DNA from: Eledone cirrhosa
Taxonomy: Eukaryota
DNA length: 64,000 nucleotides
Assembly (NCBI GenBank): GCA_964016885.1
Contig: OZ024741.1
Location: 123,194,001-123,258,000 of the forward strand
Direction of reading: 5' to 3'
Positions within the stretch are counted from its first letter, which is position 1. The number at the start of each line of letters is the position of its first letter. The position numbers and the translations under genes are program-made. The notes below the pieces were generated by a model. The model was not told where the DNA came from, did no database searches, and saw only the letters and a list, made by a program, of their open reading frames with translations. This document shows positions 1 through 16,249 of the stretch, in pieces.

Positions 1-883
1 GAAGAAGCTTATCGTCATGTACCAACCTGCTCCGAATAAAACTTTCAATGAACGGTCAATAGCTGAATTCTGCTGATACATCATAAACGGTTTTCTTCAA
101 GGATTCCCACGTGTTTTCACATTCCCTGCACTCAAGGGAACTCGACAGCTCAGCTCTGACTTCCTCTGTCTTCAAACGAGCCACGTTTAGTTGTTTTCGA
201 AGTGCAACCCTCTTCCGCTTTACTTTGGGCTTCACAACAAATTGAAATTTGGCGTGAACCTGACGATGGTCAGTCCAACATTCCGCCCCTCGCAATACAC
301 GAACCAATGTGGTATCACTGACATCACGTGTCCTCGTTAAAACAAAGTCAATAAGGTGCCATTTCTGTTCCCAACAGCAAGATCCATCTCAGTGCACATC
401 TCAGTGCACATCTGCAACAGAAGTAGGCCCTTGTTATTGCACTTACCTACTCCATGCCCACCCATCACACTCCAAGCTTCACAGTCATTACCAACACGTG
501 CATTAAAATCACCAAGGAGGACTATCTTGTCTACATAAGGTATACTATGGATAACCTTTCAAAGACATGTAGGAATCTAGTCTTTAATCACCACTGGCAC
601 ACATAATAGGAGCGTACGCACTGACCAGAATCACAAAGCGGTTTTGAGTCACAGGGACTCTCATGGACATTATCCGATCATTGAATCCACAAGGAAGATT
701 TTTCAGCTTTGAGACGATTCCATTCTTGACAGCAAATGCCTTTCTCCTACAACCCTCTGCTCTACCATTCCAATAGAAGGTATGTCCTCCCTTCTGTTCT
801 ATGAATTGCTCTTCACCTGCCAATCTCGTTTCTGAAAGAGCAACGATGTCCATGTTATAGCGACTGAGTTCCCTCGACACCTT
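1..883 (-). mobile_element. RTE/BovB-like LINE fragment (APE endonuclease region), decayed
   Basis: ORF pieces ELSRYNMDIVALSETRLAGEEQF, FVILVSAYAP and VRVLRGAECWTDH match the RTE-clade APE endonuclease; broken by stops; runs off the window start. Confidence 0.85.
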
Positions 884-3800
884 TCATAATATAGATAAAT
901 AGATAAATACATACATACATATATACATATATATACATACGTATATACATATATACATAATGTCGGCTCCTGATCTATATTTTCTATTCAATTCTGCCCT
1001 AAGAATCTGTGGAATTAGTTTGTTTACGTTTTGTGTAAGGGTCAGTTGTGTATAGTAATCAAGTCTTTTATCGCACAACGGCCTTTTATGCTTAGTTTCA
1101 AAATTTGATATTGTATATAGCTTTCAAAATCTGACAAAACAACAGTTTCATCGATTGAAACTATATATATGTTAGACATTGATGAAGGAAGAGTAATATA
1201 TTATTGAACTTTTAGGTTATTTAATAAATTGTTACAACTGATATTAATTGTAACTTATTTTGTTAAATGTTACACGCTTTGTCTAACATAAATGTGGAAG
1301 TATGATATGTTTGCTTGCCTTCAGTTTTCCAATACCACACAATCAATTTAAGTACATTTAAATAGACAAATACAATTGATATAGCAGAAAGTAATTATGA
1401 AATTGGAATATAGCATTCTTCCTCTAGGCATTTTACAAAATGTTACACATAGATAATGTAACTTTTCTCGTTAGATTTTCCACGTCATGACTCTTTAATT
1501 TTAAATTAGTAAAACTTGATTATATATCAAGCAAGAAATGACTAGAATTCTTTATACCCTGAAATAATCATTAAGACGTGATTTTCTGATTTGTTGATAA
1601 TTATGTTCAGTACATAATCATTAACGTAACTTGTAAAATTTTCATTAAATGTAAGATCTTGACACTGCAAATATTTTTCGTAAATTTAATATTGGAATCG
1701 TTAAACTGTTATCAATTTGAAAATTGGATGGGGTTTTATTTGCATGATTACTAAAATTAGCATATAAAAATCAATATATGAATTAAGAAAAACGCCTATT
1801 CCAAAAATTAAAAAAATGCAATTAAACAAAATTTTTTATTGGAATCATCCAAAATTAAGGGAATTCGACAAATGTGATTAAAATGAATTAATGATGATTG
1901 GAGTTGTCAATTTTGATTTTAATAAGCAGTTATTTATATCTTTGAATACAGCTAACATAACATTAAAGCCAATGGTTATTATAGGTAGAGTAACAAAACT
2001 GAATATCAACAGCAATATCACAAACATGTATTTACATTGATTCTAAACAAACGACTCAGAAATTATCAACAGAAATAGATTATTGTTTTAAATATCATTT
2101 TGTTGGTAGCTATGTCGTAATTCGTATTATAACATCCCCAAAAAATAATTAGTTCAAAGCTATTGTTTTAGATATCATTTTTGATAGTAACGATATCGTA
2201 ATGTGAATTATCACGCTACCTTCAATATTAACATATTTAAATTTCGTTTTCAGGACGAGGTTTAATGCATTCGGATTACAGTTTTGTCTCATATAAAGAT
2301 GTAATATGGTTTAATGTTTAAAGTTCACTGTTTCCTTCAGGCAAAAGAAATAAAAATATTCACATATATTTTATATATAGAGTGAATAAGTAAATATTGA
2401 CATTTAAAGGTTGTTTTCTATAGATTGATACTGCTTTCTTCAAATATGTTTTTGTACGTATTTATGAACAAAAATAATAAATAACAATTTAGAAAAAAGT
2501 TGAATTCATGTTTCAATAAATACCAACTAAGTAAATAGAAAAACCGCCATTTCAAACATAGAAAGAGGAACCAGAATTTTCAATTAATACTCCTTGGAAA
2601 GGCGGCTGTTTAGTTCAAATAGTATTGCACCCTTTTAAAATACAGCAATCAATGGTTCAAATTCTGCCTATCAATCCCAGATCCTAGTAATTAATCTTAT
2701 TCCTGAGTGACTGAGAAATCATAATTGTACTTGGTTTACATATATAAAGAGCTTTTATATCTACTGAAATTACAAATACTGCATAATAGTTGAACGATAA
2801 AGAAGGTTTACGGAAAAGACGTATATTTCCTGAGCCAATAGAAGGGTTATAGATGATATCTAGATATATATAAATACTTGATAAACCTCACAGACGTCAT
2901 AATGTGCTCATGTGCTAGCAGCAGAGAATTCTAGCGAAAATGTAAACATTTGAATGTTTGTTTTGCTGACCCATTTTGTGATCATAAGACGAATATCCTA
3001 ACGTAATTCCGAGCTTTGTAGTTTCATGATATACTGCATTAAACATGTATCCCTATTATTTATAATCTTGTTATCACTGTTAGATCTCATGGCTATTATT
3101 GCTAGGAAATCTATATATATGAGGTTCTATAAAATATATTCAGTGTCGTTATTATATTCAAAGTTGCACACCTGTAGCCTGCATTGTAATAAATACTAAA
3201 TAGATTTTTCAGGAATTCAATTACTCCTGAAATAATTTGATGCTTACGTATTCTTCAGTAAAATGATATTTGTTGATGCATAGGAAAGTTGTAATATGGT
3301 CTTGGGTACAATATGACAGTTCATTCAATAAATTATAACAAAAATATATCTTTTTTTTGTCGTAGCAACAAGGAGGTATTCTGAGATAAAGGATATAAAA
3401 CATGAACTTTTAACACCACTTCTTTAAGACTTTTAATACTGGTATGTAGAATGGATTATAGTGTTAACGAGGGAAAATGTGACAAACATATATTTGAACA
3501 TTATAACGACAGTGAGGGGAGAGAAAGAGAGAGAGAGAGAGAGGGGTGGGAGAGAATGCATGATGATGAGAAAGATAAAGGGAGAAACGATATATTATAT
3601 AACGCGCATAATCTTTTAAAACATTTTCACTGCTGTTTCTAATTTGTATGTTTTGAATAATTTTCACCTTCTTTGTATCCGTCGAGTTGATATATTCACC
3701 TTTCGAAGTACTCATTTGTAAAGCAAATTTATTTTATATAATTCTACGTATGTATTTTTATAGAAAGGAGCAGTTCTTTACACATTCCCACTATACAAGT

Positions 3801-4136
3801 TTTAGTTGCTTTTAAGCAAAACGATACTTAATTTACAAAGATATCTCCTTTCATCCTTTCATCATAACATAGAAATGCATCTTTGACTTATTCTCTTCGT
3901 ATTGTCTCATTAAACAAACCGATGAAGTATTCGCCTTTATAGTTTGATGAATACATTTTCTACAACCGAACATTCGTTATCTGACTTCATAGTGAATTTG
4001 AAATAGAATACGATGTGAAAACAAATAGGCCATATAGGGTCAACCGTTCGGTTTTTATTCGAACACATACATCTTACAACAGGTCTTAGAAATAAGTGGA
4101 GACGTAATTTAATTGAAAATAATTACATTAGATATA

Positions 4137-4708
4137 CTAGCAGAAAAACCCCTCTTCGGGAGGTTTTCTGCTAGCCTGTGTAGTGCGCATATTCATATTA
4201 TACGTAAGTATATATACATGTAGATATGATACATCAAATAAAATCGTAATTAACAATATACTCAGAAATTGAACGAAGACTGCGTTACACTGTCTTATGT
4301 AATCAGTAACGTAATCCATTGACTGTTTATTTAAGCGATCGCTAACCGGAAATGTTGACAATTGAAAATTTTAAAGAAGTGAATCTTAAAATAAGCGACA
4401 AAAATTATTTATATTTAATCAAGAATAAAGAAATTTAGTAGATAAATTATGTAATATTCATTCATTATTTATTCAAAGTAATCCAACTTATATTACAAAC
4501 GGGATAAAAAAAATATATTCTGAACGCTGTCCCGCACTTTATTATAGTTTAAATATTGTACTGATATATGTCGTATAGAATATAATCAGGGTGAGGTTTG
4601 TTTCTTGGTTTTCCGGCATTGATATAAGTATTAGTCAAAACCCAGTAAGAATTATCTTTATCCCTATCTCCCACCTCTCTCTCTTTCTTTCTCTCTTTAT
4701 ATATTTAA
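4137..4708 (-). mobile_element. Possible non-autonomous Helitron (3' hairpin plus CTAG at 4137-4174)
   Basis: Minus strand ends hairpin-CTAG|T; the 5' boundary is degenerate and only guessed. Confidence 0.35.
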
Positions 4709-5029
4709 TCGTGTTCCAATCAATATACAGATAGGGTGTGCAAAATAAATATATAAAGAGAGATTTAGTTAATTATGTCTCATATAAAATAATACAACCA
4801 ACTTTTCACGGAATACTATATAGTTAGCACTCCAAACACTTAATTGGGATTATACTTAGGTATATCCTAATGTTTATTGAGTGAGATGGAGTTGGTCAGA
4901 GTATCGCTTAAAGCTTTCTCTGTTAATGTATTAAATATATATATATATATATATGTTTGAAAAAAAGGAAAAGAATGACTTCACTTGTAGTGTTAACAAA
5001 ATTATGATTTAATGTTATAATATAATATT

Positions 5030-5170
5030 CGCCATGCTTTGACGCATGCTTGCCATTCTGAGTTCAAATCCCGCCGAGGTTAACTTTGCATTTCATCCTT
5101 ACGGGATCGATAGAGTAAAGAACCAGTAATGTACTGTGTATTTGCTGGCCTTGTGCCAAAAGTAGAAACA
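5030..5170 (+). mobile_element. tRNA-derived SINE, family S1, 5' truncated
   Basis: B-box GAGTTCAAATCC, core TTTCATCCTTACGGGATCGATA, tail GGCCTTGTGCCAAAAGTAGAAACAATT shared with many copies in the window. Confidence 0.85.
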
Positions 5171-5276
5171 ATTATATTATAACATTAAATCATAAATTTA
5201 TTAACACTATAAGTGAAGTCATTCTTTTCCTTTGTTTCAAATATACCTAACTGTACCAAGGATCTCACACATCTTC

Positions 5277-8016
<2,740 letters not shown>

Positions 8017-8139
8017 ATATATATATATATATATATATATACAACCAAAGATTAATATGGTTCGTTGATTATTCAACTGCCAATACTGGAATTGAATAAT
8101 CAAAACAGTAGCGGTATGTCGCATAACAAATCTTATATA

Positions 8140-8194
8140 TTGTCTGATGAAAACTTACTTAAACATCATTGGACCTTTGAAATATGTATAATAA
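8140..8194 (+). ncRNA. Degenerate type I hammerhead motif
   Basis: TTGT-CTGATGA...GAAA-TATGTA-TA-ATAA; stem I 4 bp, stem II weak, overlaps AATAAA. Confidence 0.4.
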
Positions 8195-8255
8195 ATCATA
8201 TTTTGATTATGAGAATATTTTTCATTTATTAACATTTCGAATAATATATATATAT

Positions 8256-8697
8256 ATTAGAAAATATATAGCTTTCACCGTATTTTTAACTAAAGGAATT
8301 CTAGCTTGATAACGGGGTTTAGAACCCTCAGATAAATGGAAAAAGATGAGTATTGACGTACATGGGAGTCGAACCCACATCTGTGGTTATCGCGACCACT
8401 GTGCTACCATTACACCAACACATCACCCATCTCTTTCCATTCAAATTAGAACTACATTCTTAGCGAGTTTAAATGGCAAGTAAGTATGTTTTGAAACAGT
8501 GAGCGAGTTTGAAATTAGAAAATATATAGCTTTCACTGTGGGTTTGACTCCCATGTACGTTAATACTCATCTTTTTCCATTTATCTGAGGGTTCTAAACC
8601 CCGTTATCAAGCTAAAATTCCTTTAGTTAAAAATACGGTGAAAGCTATATATTTTCTAATTTCAAACTCGCTCACTGTTTCAAAACATACTTACTTG
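8256..8697. mobile_element. tRNA-containing small element: 258 bp terminally redundant unit plus inverted partial copy
   Basis: Direct repeat ATTAGAAAATATATAGCTTTCAC at 8256 and 8514; 8537-8697 is an inverted copy; (TA)n both sides; second locus at 12862-13090. Confidence 0.8.
8354..8424 (-). pseudogene. tRNA-like cloverleaf (71 nt), anticodon loop CGCGAUA; repeat-borne
   Basis: Acceptor GAUGUGU/GUACGUC, D GUGU/GCAC, anticodon stem GUGGU/ACCAC, T GUGGG-UUCGACU-CCCAU; G at position 33 argues against decoding function. Confidence 0.75.
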
Positions 8698-8736
<39 letters not shown>

Positions 8737-9852
8737 GGGGGGGGGGGGTATTAGGGTGGTCCCTAGCAACAGGTAATTTTCTGAAATTTAAAATTTATAT
8801 TTAAATGTTTGTGATATCTTCTCATCAATTTTATTCTTTTCTTTCTATCAATACGTCGAGCCACCTGATTCCTAGCAGCTGATTTCTATCCTTTGAGATA
8901 ATGTTTTACCCAAAGCCTCTTAGGCGGCATTTTGCTGTTTTAACAGCTTCTTTACGCCGAGCTTTCCCGTAATGCAGCCTAATTAGAATACAATTATAAT
9001 AATGCCAGCGCATCTCCCTTACCCTCATCCGAGGAAACGCCTACTCCATTCTGTCCGCCGGTGCTGTGGGGAGGCCAGCAGGTGGGACCCCATTTGCTCA
9101 CCCTACGGAGAGATGAGGAGGGCGAGAGAGATGGAGGCGATCACAGTGGCAGTTTGGCTCTTCCACGTTCGGGGCATATCCTTGTGGTTGTGTACTTTAA
9201 AAAAATGTTTTTCTGTTTTTCCATGACAAAATTCTGGCAGACGTATGTTCTCTTCTTAACAAATACTTTAATATTGGCTTAAGTTTAATATATTTTGTAG
9301 CGGGGCCCACCAAGGATAGCATAAAACAGGAGTAAAATATGCAAAATGTTTCAGTGGACATGCTTTAGATAAAATGATACTTAAACAACAATAGGCATGT
9401 AAGAGAAGCCATGTAAATAATTCAGGAAAATATCCGTCATTTTCCTGCAGCAGGTATTTCTAAAATGAGTACTACGACTTCACATATATTTTTGTGAACG
9501 ATTAAGTTAATCTTATGAATGAAAACACATCCTAATATGTCGCATGTTTTTACGCAATTCCTTCTAAATTTCCGGTGTAACAATCTTATATAGTATATAA
9601 ACTTTCACTGAATAATATACAAAATGACCTGCGGATGAATGAACTCGTTTTGAAATTAGATTTAGAGAAGGCAAATAAAAGTCATATTTAGCTAATGTTG
9701 AATATTCTCCGCTTGAATCAATTACATTGTTTAATGTTCCAATTCAAATGATGTGAGTAGTACAGAGTAAAGTACAATACTTATTAAATTGTTCACATAT
9801 TATTAAAAATGATGATATAATTTAGTTAAATATACAAAATACTTGTGCGAAC

Positions 9853-9985
9853 GAAGCATGATTGAATGGTTAAAGCTTACGCTACTCAAGCATTAGGTCC
9901 CAGCATTGATCCTACTGGTATCTGACATAGCCTCGGGTCGAGAGAGAAACCTTAGAGTGAAATTGTGTAGAGGGAAACTGTTTTG
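9853..9985 (+). mobile_element. Old SINE, family S2
   Basis: AGCCTCGGGTCG...CCTTAGAGTGAAATTGTGTAGAGGGAAACTG resembles copies at about 42050-42170 and 44460-44600. Confidence 0.5.
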
Positions 9986-10148
9986 ATACAGGTTACGTGA
10001 CCCGAAGGAAGTGCAAGTCAAATATCTTACAGTCATTCTTAAAGGGAGACAGCGGCAGTAGAGTTACATAAAACAAACACGATCATTTCACTAGTTACAT
10101 CTGCTCAGAAAACATGAAAGCATAGATGAATACACATGCATCTCAACT

Positions 10149-10225
<77 letters not shown>

Positions 10226-10306
10226 ATCTCTATCTAACTCTTCCTCTCTCTCTGTATCTCTGTCTCTCTCTCTCTCTCTTTTCCTTGCCTCTCTCTCTCT
10301 GAGCAC

Positions 10307-10346
<40 letters not shown>

Positions 10347-11082
10347 GTGTGTGTTTGAACTTATAAAGCACATTTTAACTAAATTTGTCTTACATTTAGT
10401 GATATTCATATATATTGTATTATTGGCGCTAACTTTACATCATCCTATTTTATCATGTTCCCAACTAGTGACTATACAAGGATTATGTAAACCACGAATA
10501 TCACATTCACCTTAACACATTTACAAATACTTCTTACCGATGCCTTTTAGCTATATGAATGTTGTGGTAAAATAATTGGAAAGCAATCAAATCATAATTC
10601 CCTATTTGATTATAGCAAATCTAGTTCTTTCATACTTCCATGCAAAGGTCTAGACTTTTATTTATTCTGTAAATCATTCTTTGGTCTGTATCTTTTACAT
10701 CTTTGCCAAGCCTTGAGAGATTATATGTGAGCGTTGTCGCACATAATTTCCTTCATCATAAATTTTAATTTCCGACAAAAGAGTTCATAAGAAACAAAAG
10801 AGGTCATGATTGTTCTACTTTCTATTAATCAAACTAATAAGAAATACTGGTCAAAAGAACAAAACTGATTATAGGATAGATCTTTTCCAACATGTAATTA
10901 ATATAATCTATTGTGTGTAAATATATGTTCCTGTAAAGCTCAAGAATTCGGCGAATAAACGCTATTTTCTAAAAATATTATATCTCTTGAATATAAACTA
11001 GCGAGTTAAATTCAAACAGGCAAATACACAAATGAATTATGTTGATAACATTATTTGCATTATTGAAACCTCTTTAAATAAT

Positions 11083-11225
11083 TATTTCTACTTTTGGCAT
11101 AAGGCCATCAATTACTCAGTACATTAGTGGTACTTTATTTTATCGACGCCGTAAGGATGAAAGGCAAAGTTAACCTCGACGGGATTTGAACTCAGACCGT
11201 AAAGAGAGGTAAATATGTTGGAAAG
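11083..11225 (-). mobile_element. SINE S1 copy with imperfect TSD
   Basis: S1 core; flanks CCTCTTTAAATAAT and CCTCTTTAGATAAT. Confidence 0.85.
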
Positions 11226-11281
11226 CCTCTTTAGATAATGCACATAAATATATATACATGTGTATATGAGTACATGCAGAG

Positions 11282-12230
<949 letters not shown>

Positions 12231-12861
12231 ATTTTATGAATTTACACAGGAAGTTATATATAAATATAAATATTCTTATTACTAATATATATATATATAC
12301 GTGTGTGTGTGTGTTTGCAAATTGATGTTGTTCATCTGTAATTGTTGCGTAATTACTTCCACGTGATAGTCGAGTTTACGCAGCCAAGAGCACTCCACGT
12401 CATTTGTATGTATTCAGCCTTGAGGTGGCTATCAAACATAAAAGAGTTAGCATGTATGAAATAAACGTTAAGAGAGAAGTTACAAAATTGACTTTATTAA
12501 TTATACGTATTTCTGTGACACCGACATGGAGCTGTTGTGCAATAGATACAACAGCTATCTGCACAAGTGTGAGGTCACTATTTATTAACAGAATTGTGTG
12601 GGTGGGTTGGTATATTGTTGGCTAATGTGATCTTGCCGGCAAAAGTCCGGATAAGGTATGTTTTCCAAATTTTCGCAAACACGTTCCTGTCAACCAACAT
12701 ATCAACACACCCATATATTTGTGCTAACATATGATAACATCATATTGGTACAGGTCACTGTTATAACGATTGCACATGAGGTGAATGCAGTTTCTCATAA
12801 GGTCGTATAATTAATAAATATGAGTAAGTAATAACTTTCTTCACGCATATTTCATACATAT

Positions 12862-13081
12862 ATAGAATAGCTTTCACCGTATTTTTGACTAAAGAAATTT
12901 TAGTCTGATAATGGGGTTTAGAACCCTCAGATAAATGGAAAAAGATGAGTATTGATGTACATGGGAGTCGAACCCACATCGTTGGTTTTCCAGACCACTG
13001 TGCTACCATTACACCAACATATCACTTTAGTCAAAAGTACGGTGAAAGCTATTCTATTTTCTAATTTCAAACCTGCTCACT

Positions 13082-13090
<9 letters not shown>
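12862..13090. mobile_element. Second locus of the tRNA-containing element, with inverted flank
   Basis: Homologous to 8256-8697; TAGAATAGCTTTCACCGTATTTTTGACTAAAG is repeated inverted at about 13025-13056. Confidence 0.8.
12953..13023 (-). pseudogene. tRNA-like cloverleaf (71 nt), anticodon loop CUGGAAA
   Basis: Same fold as 8354-8424, with one mismatch each in the acceptor and anticodon stems. Confidence 0.72.
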
Positions 13091-13129
<39 letters not shown>

Positions 13130-13135
13130 TCTATA

Positions 13136-13167
<32 letters not shown>

Positions 13168-13223
13168 AGCATAAACACACACCTATATATTTATATGTAT
13201 ATTCATAAACAGACATATATTCA

Positions 13224-13260
<37 letters not shown>

Positions 13261-13261
13261 A

Positions 13262-13862
13262 AACAAAATGAAAACGAAATTTCATTTCTCACAGTATGGC
13301 ACTTACTTAAATGTAAGTATGCATGTATACGTACATACATATATGTATACAGACGTACAGTAGCATGCACATATATATATATATACATATATATATACAT
13401 ATGCATACAGGTACACATACATATATGCACGTATCAGTTTAGCGGCGCTTATTATAACGTCGCTTTGTTCGTTTGTAAACAAACTGAACAGCCTGAATTT
13501 ATGCCATACGGTGTTAAGGCAACCACGTCACCTTTTTGTTCAACACTGACACAGGAACGATGTACTAGTTTCAAGCTTGTTAGCTATCATCAGCACCGTT
13601 TACCCATCTGCCAGATAGTTGAACGTTCGAAAGTATATACTTTCCTTATGAAAATTAACGGCTGAGCAGCCTAATTTGCATATTGAGTGAGTTAAATCGG
13701 TCAGGCATACCGAAAACGATAACTTGAAACAAATACGTGCATATATGTATGTGTACCTGTATGCATATGTATATATATATGTATATATATATATATATAT
13801 ATGTGCATGCTACTGTACGTCTGTATACATATATGTATGTACGTATTCATGCATACTTACAT
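13262..13862 (-). mobile_element. Retrozyme-like monomer (family R1) plus inverted partial copy
   Basis: 13262-13723 is homologous to the 47.7-49.3 kb monomers; 13734-13862 is the inverse of 13311-13433; (TA)n flanks. Confidence 0.8.
13556..13600 (-). ncRNA. Type I hammerhead ribozyme, intact core (R1)
   Basis: AACGGUG-CUGAUGA-U-AGCU-AACA-AGCU-U-GAAA-CUAG-UA-CAUCGUU. Confidence 0.88.
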
Positions 13863-13892
13863 ATATATATATATATATATATAATATATATG

Positions 13893-13974
<82 letters not shown>

Positions 13975-16249
13975 CGTGGAGTTTCGTTAAGAAGTGCCAG
14001 GATTTTTTAATACTATTAAAACATTTTCCAACTACATTCAAACACCATAGCAGCTTCGATTGAGAAAACACAGGCGTGGGTTATTTAGGTATGATACTTG
14101 GTTAATATCGAACATCTTCTTTTGAAGGGACATTTCTTTCAACATGTGTTAGGCTCAATTATCCTGGAATCTCAGCAATCTGCATCTGGCATAAATTTCA
14201 ATGATGTGGAACTTTGTTGATATGATATGGTCAGATTATATTTAACGGGGGAGGGGTATGGATAAGGAGGCTCTGCTTAACGGAAAAGTTTAGTATCCTG
14301 AATCGACCATACACGATGTTTAACGGATGAACATATCTTTCGTCCATATGTTTTCATGACTTCGAAATTTGAAATCTGCAAATATCAGCTCTACAAAATT
14401 TGATTGAAAAGATCGGCATTAGCTCATCGCATCTGGGCTCGGAAAGTAATTACTCTTCAAGGCAATAACACTGAGTTGTCTCCCACTACAATATACAGTA
14501 TATCTTCAACAGTGGATGTCAATAATCTGCTTAACCCAGGTAAACCAAATATACAAGAGCAGCTTTGGATAATAGACCCTACATTAGTTAGCACAATATC
14601 GCTCGATGAATCGCAGCAAGATTTCTCGGATTAAAAATACGTTTTCACTAGTATTTATCAGTTTTGCGACAGTGAGGTAACTCGTATGACGCAGTTGATT
14701 ACACTATAGATGTGTCGTGTCTCTAACAATTGTAAACGTAGTGTATTCTAATGTTTGTTGAGTCCCTATGATTATATAATACGAATGCATTACATAATAT
14801 GATTTATATGCTGCTTCCTTGATATAAGGCTACAAAAACGGCTACCACTACAACAAAAATAAAAAAGCGATAACAATATATTTGATCAACAAATTTAACT
14901 TTCGCACACATTTATTCAGCAACGAAAATTAAAGGTAGCAAGATAACAACGGCATTCGTAATCTCTCTTCACATGAATGACCAAAATCAAAAGAACAAAA
15001 GGAGAATGGAATAGATTTGTTTAAATAATTTTTATCTGGACATATTTAGATATAGTAACAGTAAGTGCAGCTTGGAAGATAACGATACACCGGCAATATC
15101 TGCTCACCTGGCCGGTAAAGTCCTCATAATATTAGAACCCCCCCCCCCCCCCAAGCTTATAGATATAATTGCTTATAGATATTATCACATAATTGCATAG
15201 TCACCCTTCTATTCGAACTAACGTAATGATTATTAACGTAATATGCAACACACTGCACACTAATTGAAACCAACCGAACTGAAACACACTAGCTCAATGT
15301 CAAATATTTTTGTGTAGATCAGGGGCCAATAAATCGTATCAGGTAATCGGTTGATGTATCTTATATTCAAATAAATGCCTGGTTTTGATCAAACCTTTCC
15401 TTATTGTAACTCTTACTAACACGACTTCGAATGTCCACAGTATTCGGTTTTCTGTTGTCGTCCGCATAAAGCGGGGCATCTCAACTGAGGAATAAGCCTC
15501 TGAACCAGCGAGTATCATTGGTTGTTATCCGCGCAAATGCCTTCGCCATCTGGTCTACGCAGCACAGTTGATATGTAGCACCCAGCCAATGGTGTAGATC
15601 GTGTAAAATCTCTCTGTCTATTATACTTTTTGGATTAATTCCTTTTTTTCTCTGCTCCTGTCTGGTAAAGATTGTTGCACCGGAATTGGAAATAATATTC
15701 AAAGACATAACCCTCCATTTTCTTGGCTGTCTGCCACAACTTCCCTGTATGTATGTTGCATATAAATTCACTTTTTAAGTATAAGAGATACGATATAGAA
15801 TCCGAATAACCTGGTTGTGCTGCGCGCATGCAAATCTTATACAGAGATGTTTAGGAACTTGGATAAATATATTTTCTGCAGAGGAGTTGAAGAAGAATAT
15901 GAGATTTGGGTGGGTGTTTGACGACCAAGAGAGACATATATTTATAGTTGTATAGGTTAATACATATATACGCATAGGTGACTTCAGATAACAAGTATTG
16001 AGATTTGTATACAATCTTGTAAATATATAACGTTGTTCCTTATTGAAAACGATGCAATGGATGACAATGAAATAATGAATTATATATTCCCATAAAATGA
16101 AAATAAAACATCAGAATGGATACAGTAAAATGTCATAGACCTTCCATTTGTTACTCGCTTAGGAACAAATTATAAAATTATACAACATGACAGAAATATT
16201 TCATCAATACATTTTTAAGGTTCTCATAAGTTTTCAAAGATATGGTATC

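Noticed and set aside
2081-2215. Two degenerate 80 bp tandem units
   Set aside because: Old local duplication with no further structure.
13976-14830. Possible mariner/Tc1 remnant
   Set aside because: Only a faint PPYP-like peptide and no demonstrable TIR pair.
15440-15960. Possible host exon (ORF 15481-15771)
   Set aside because: Weak acceptor, no known domain; GRQPRKW and TRWRR look more like decayed RTE 3' ends.
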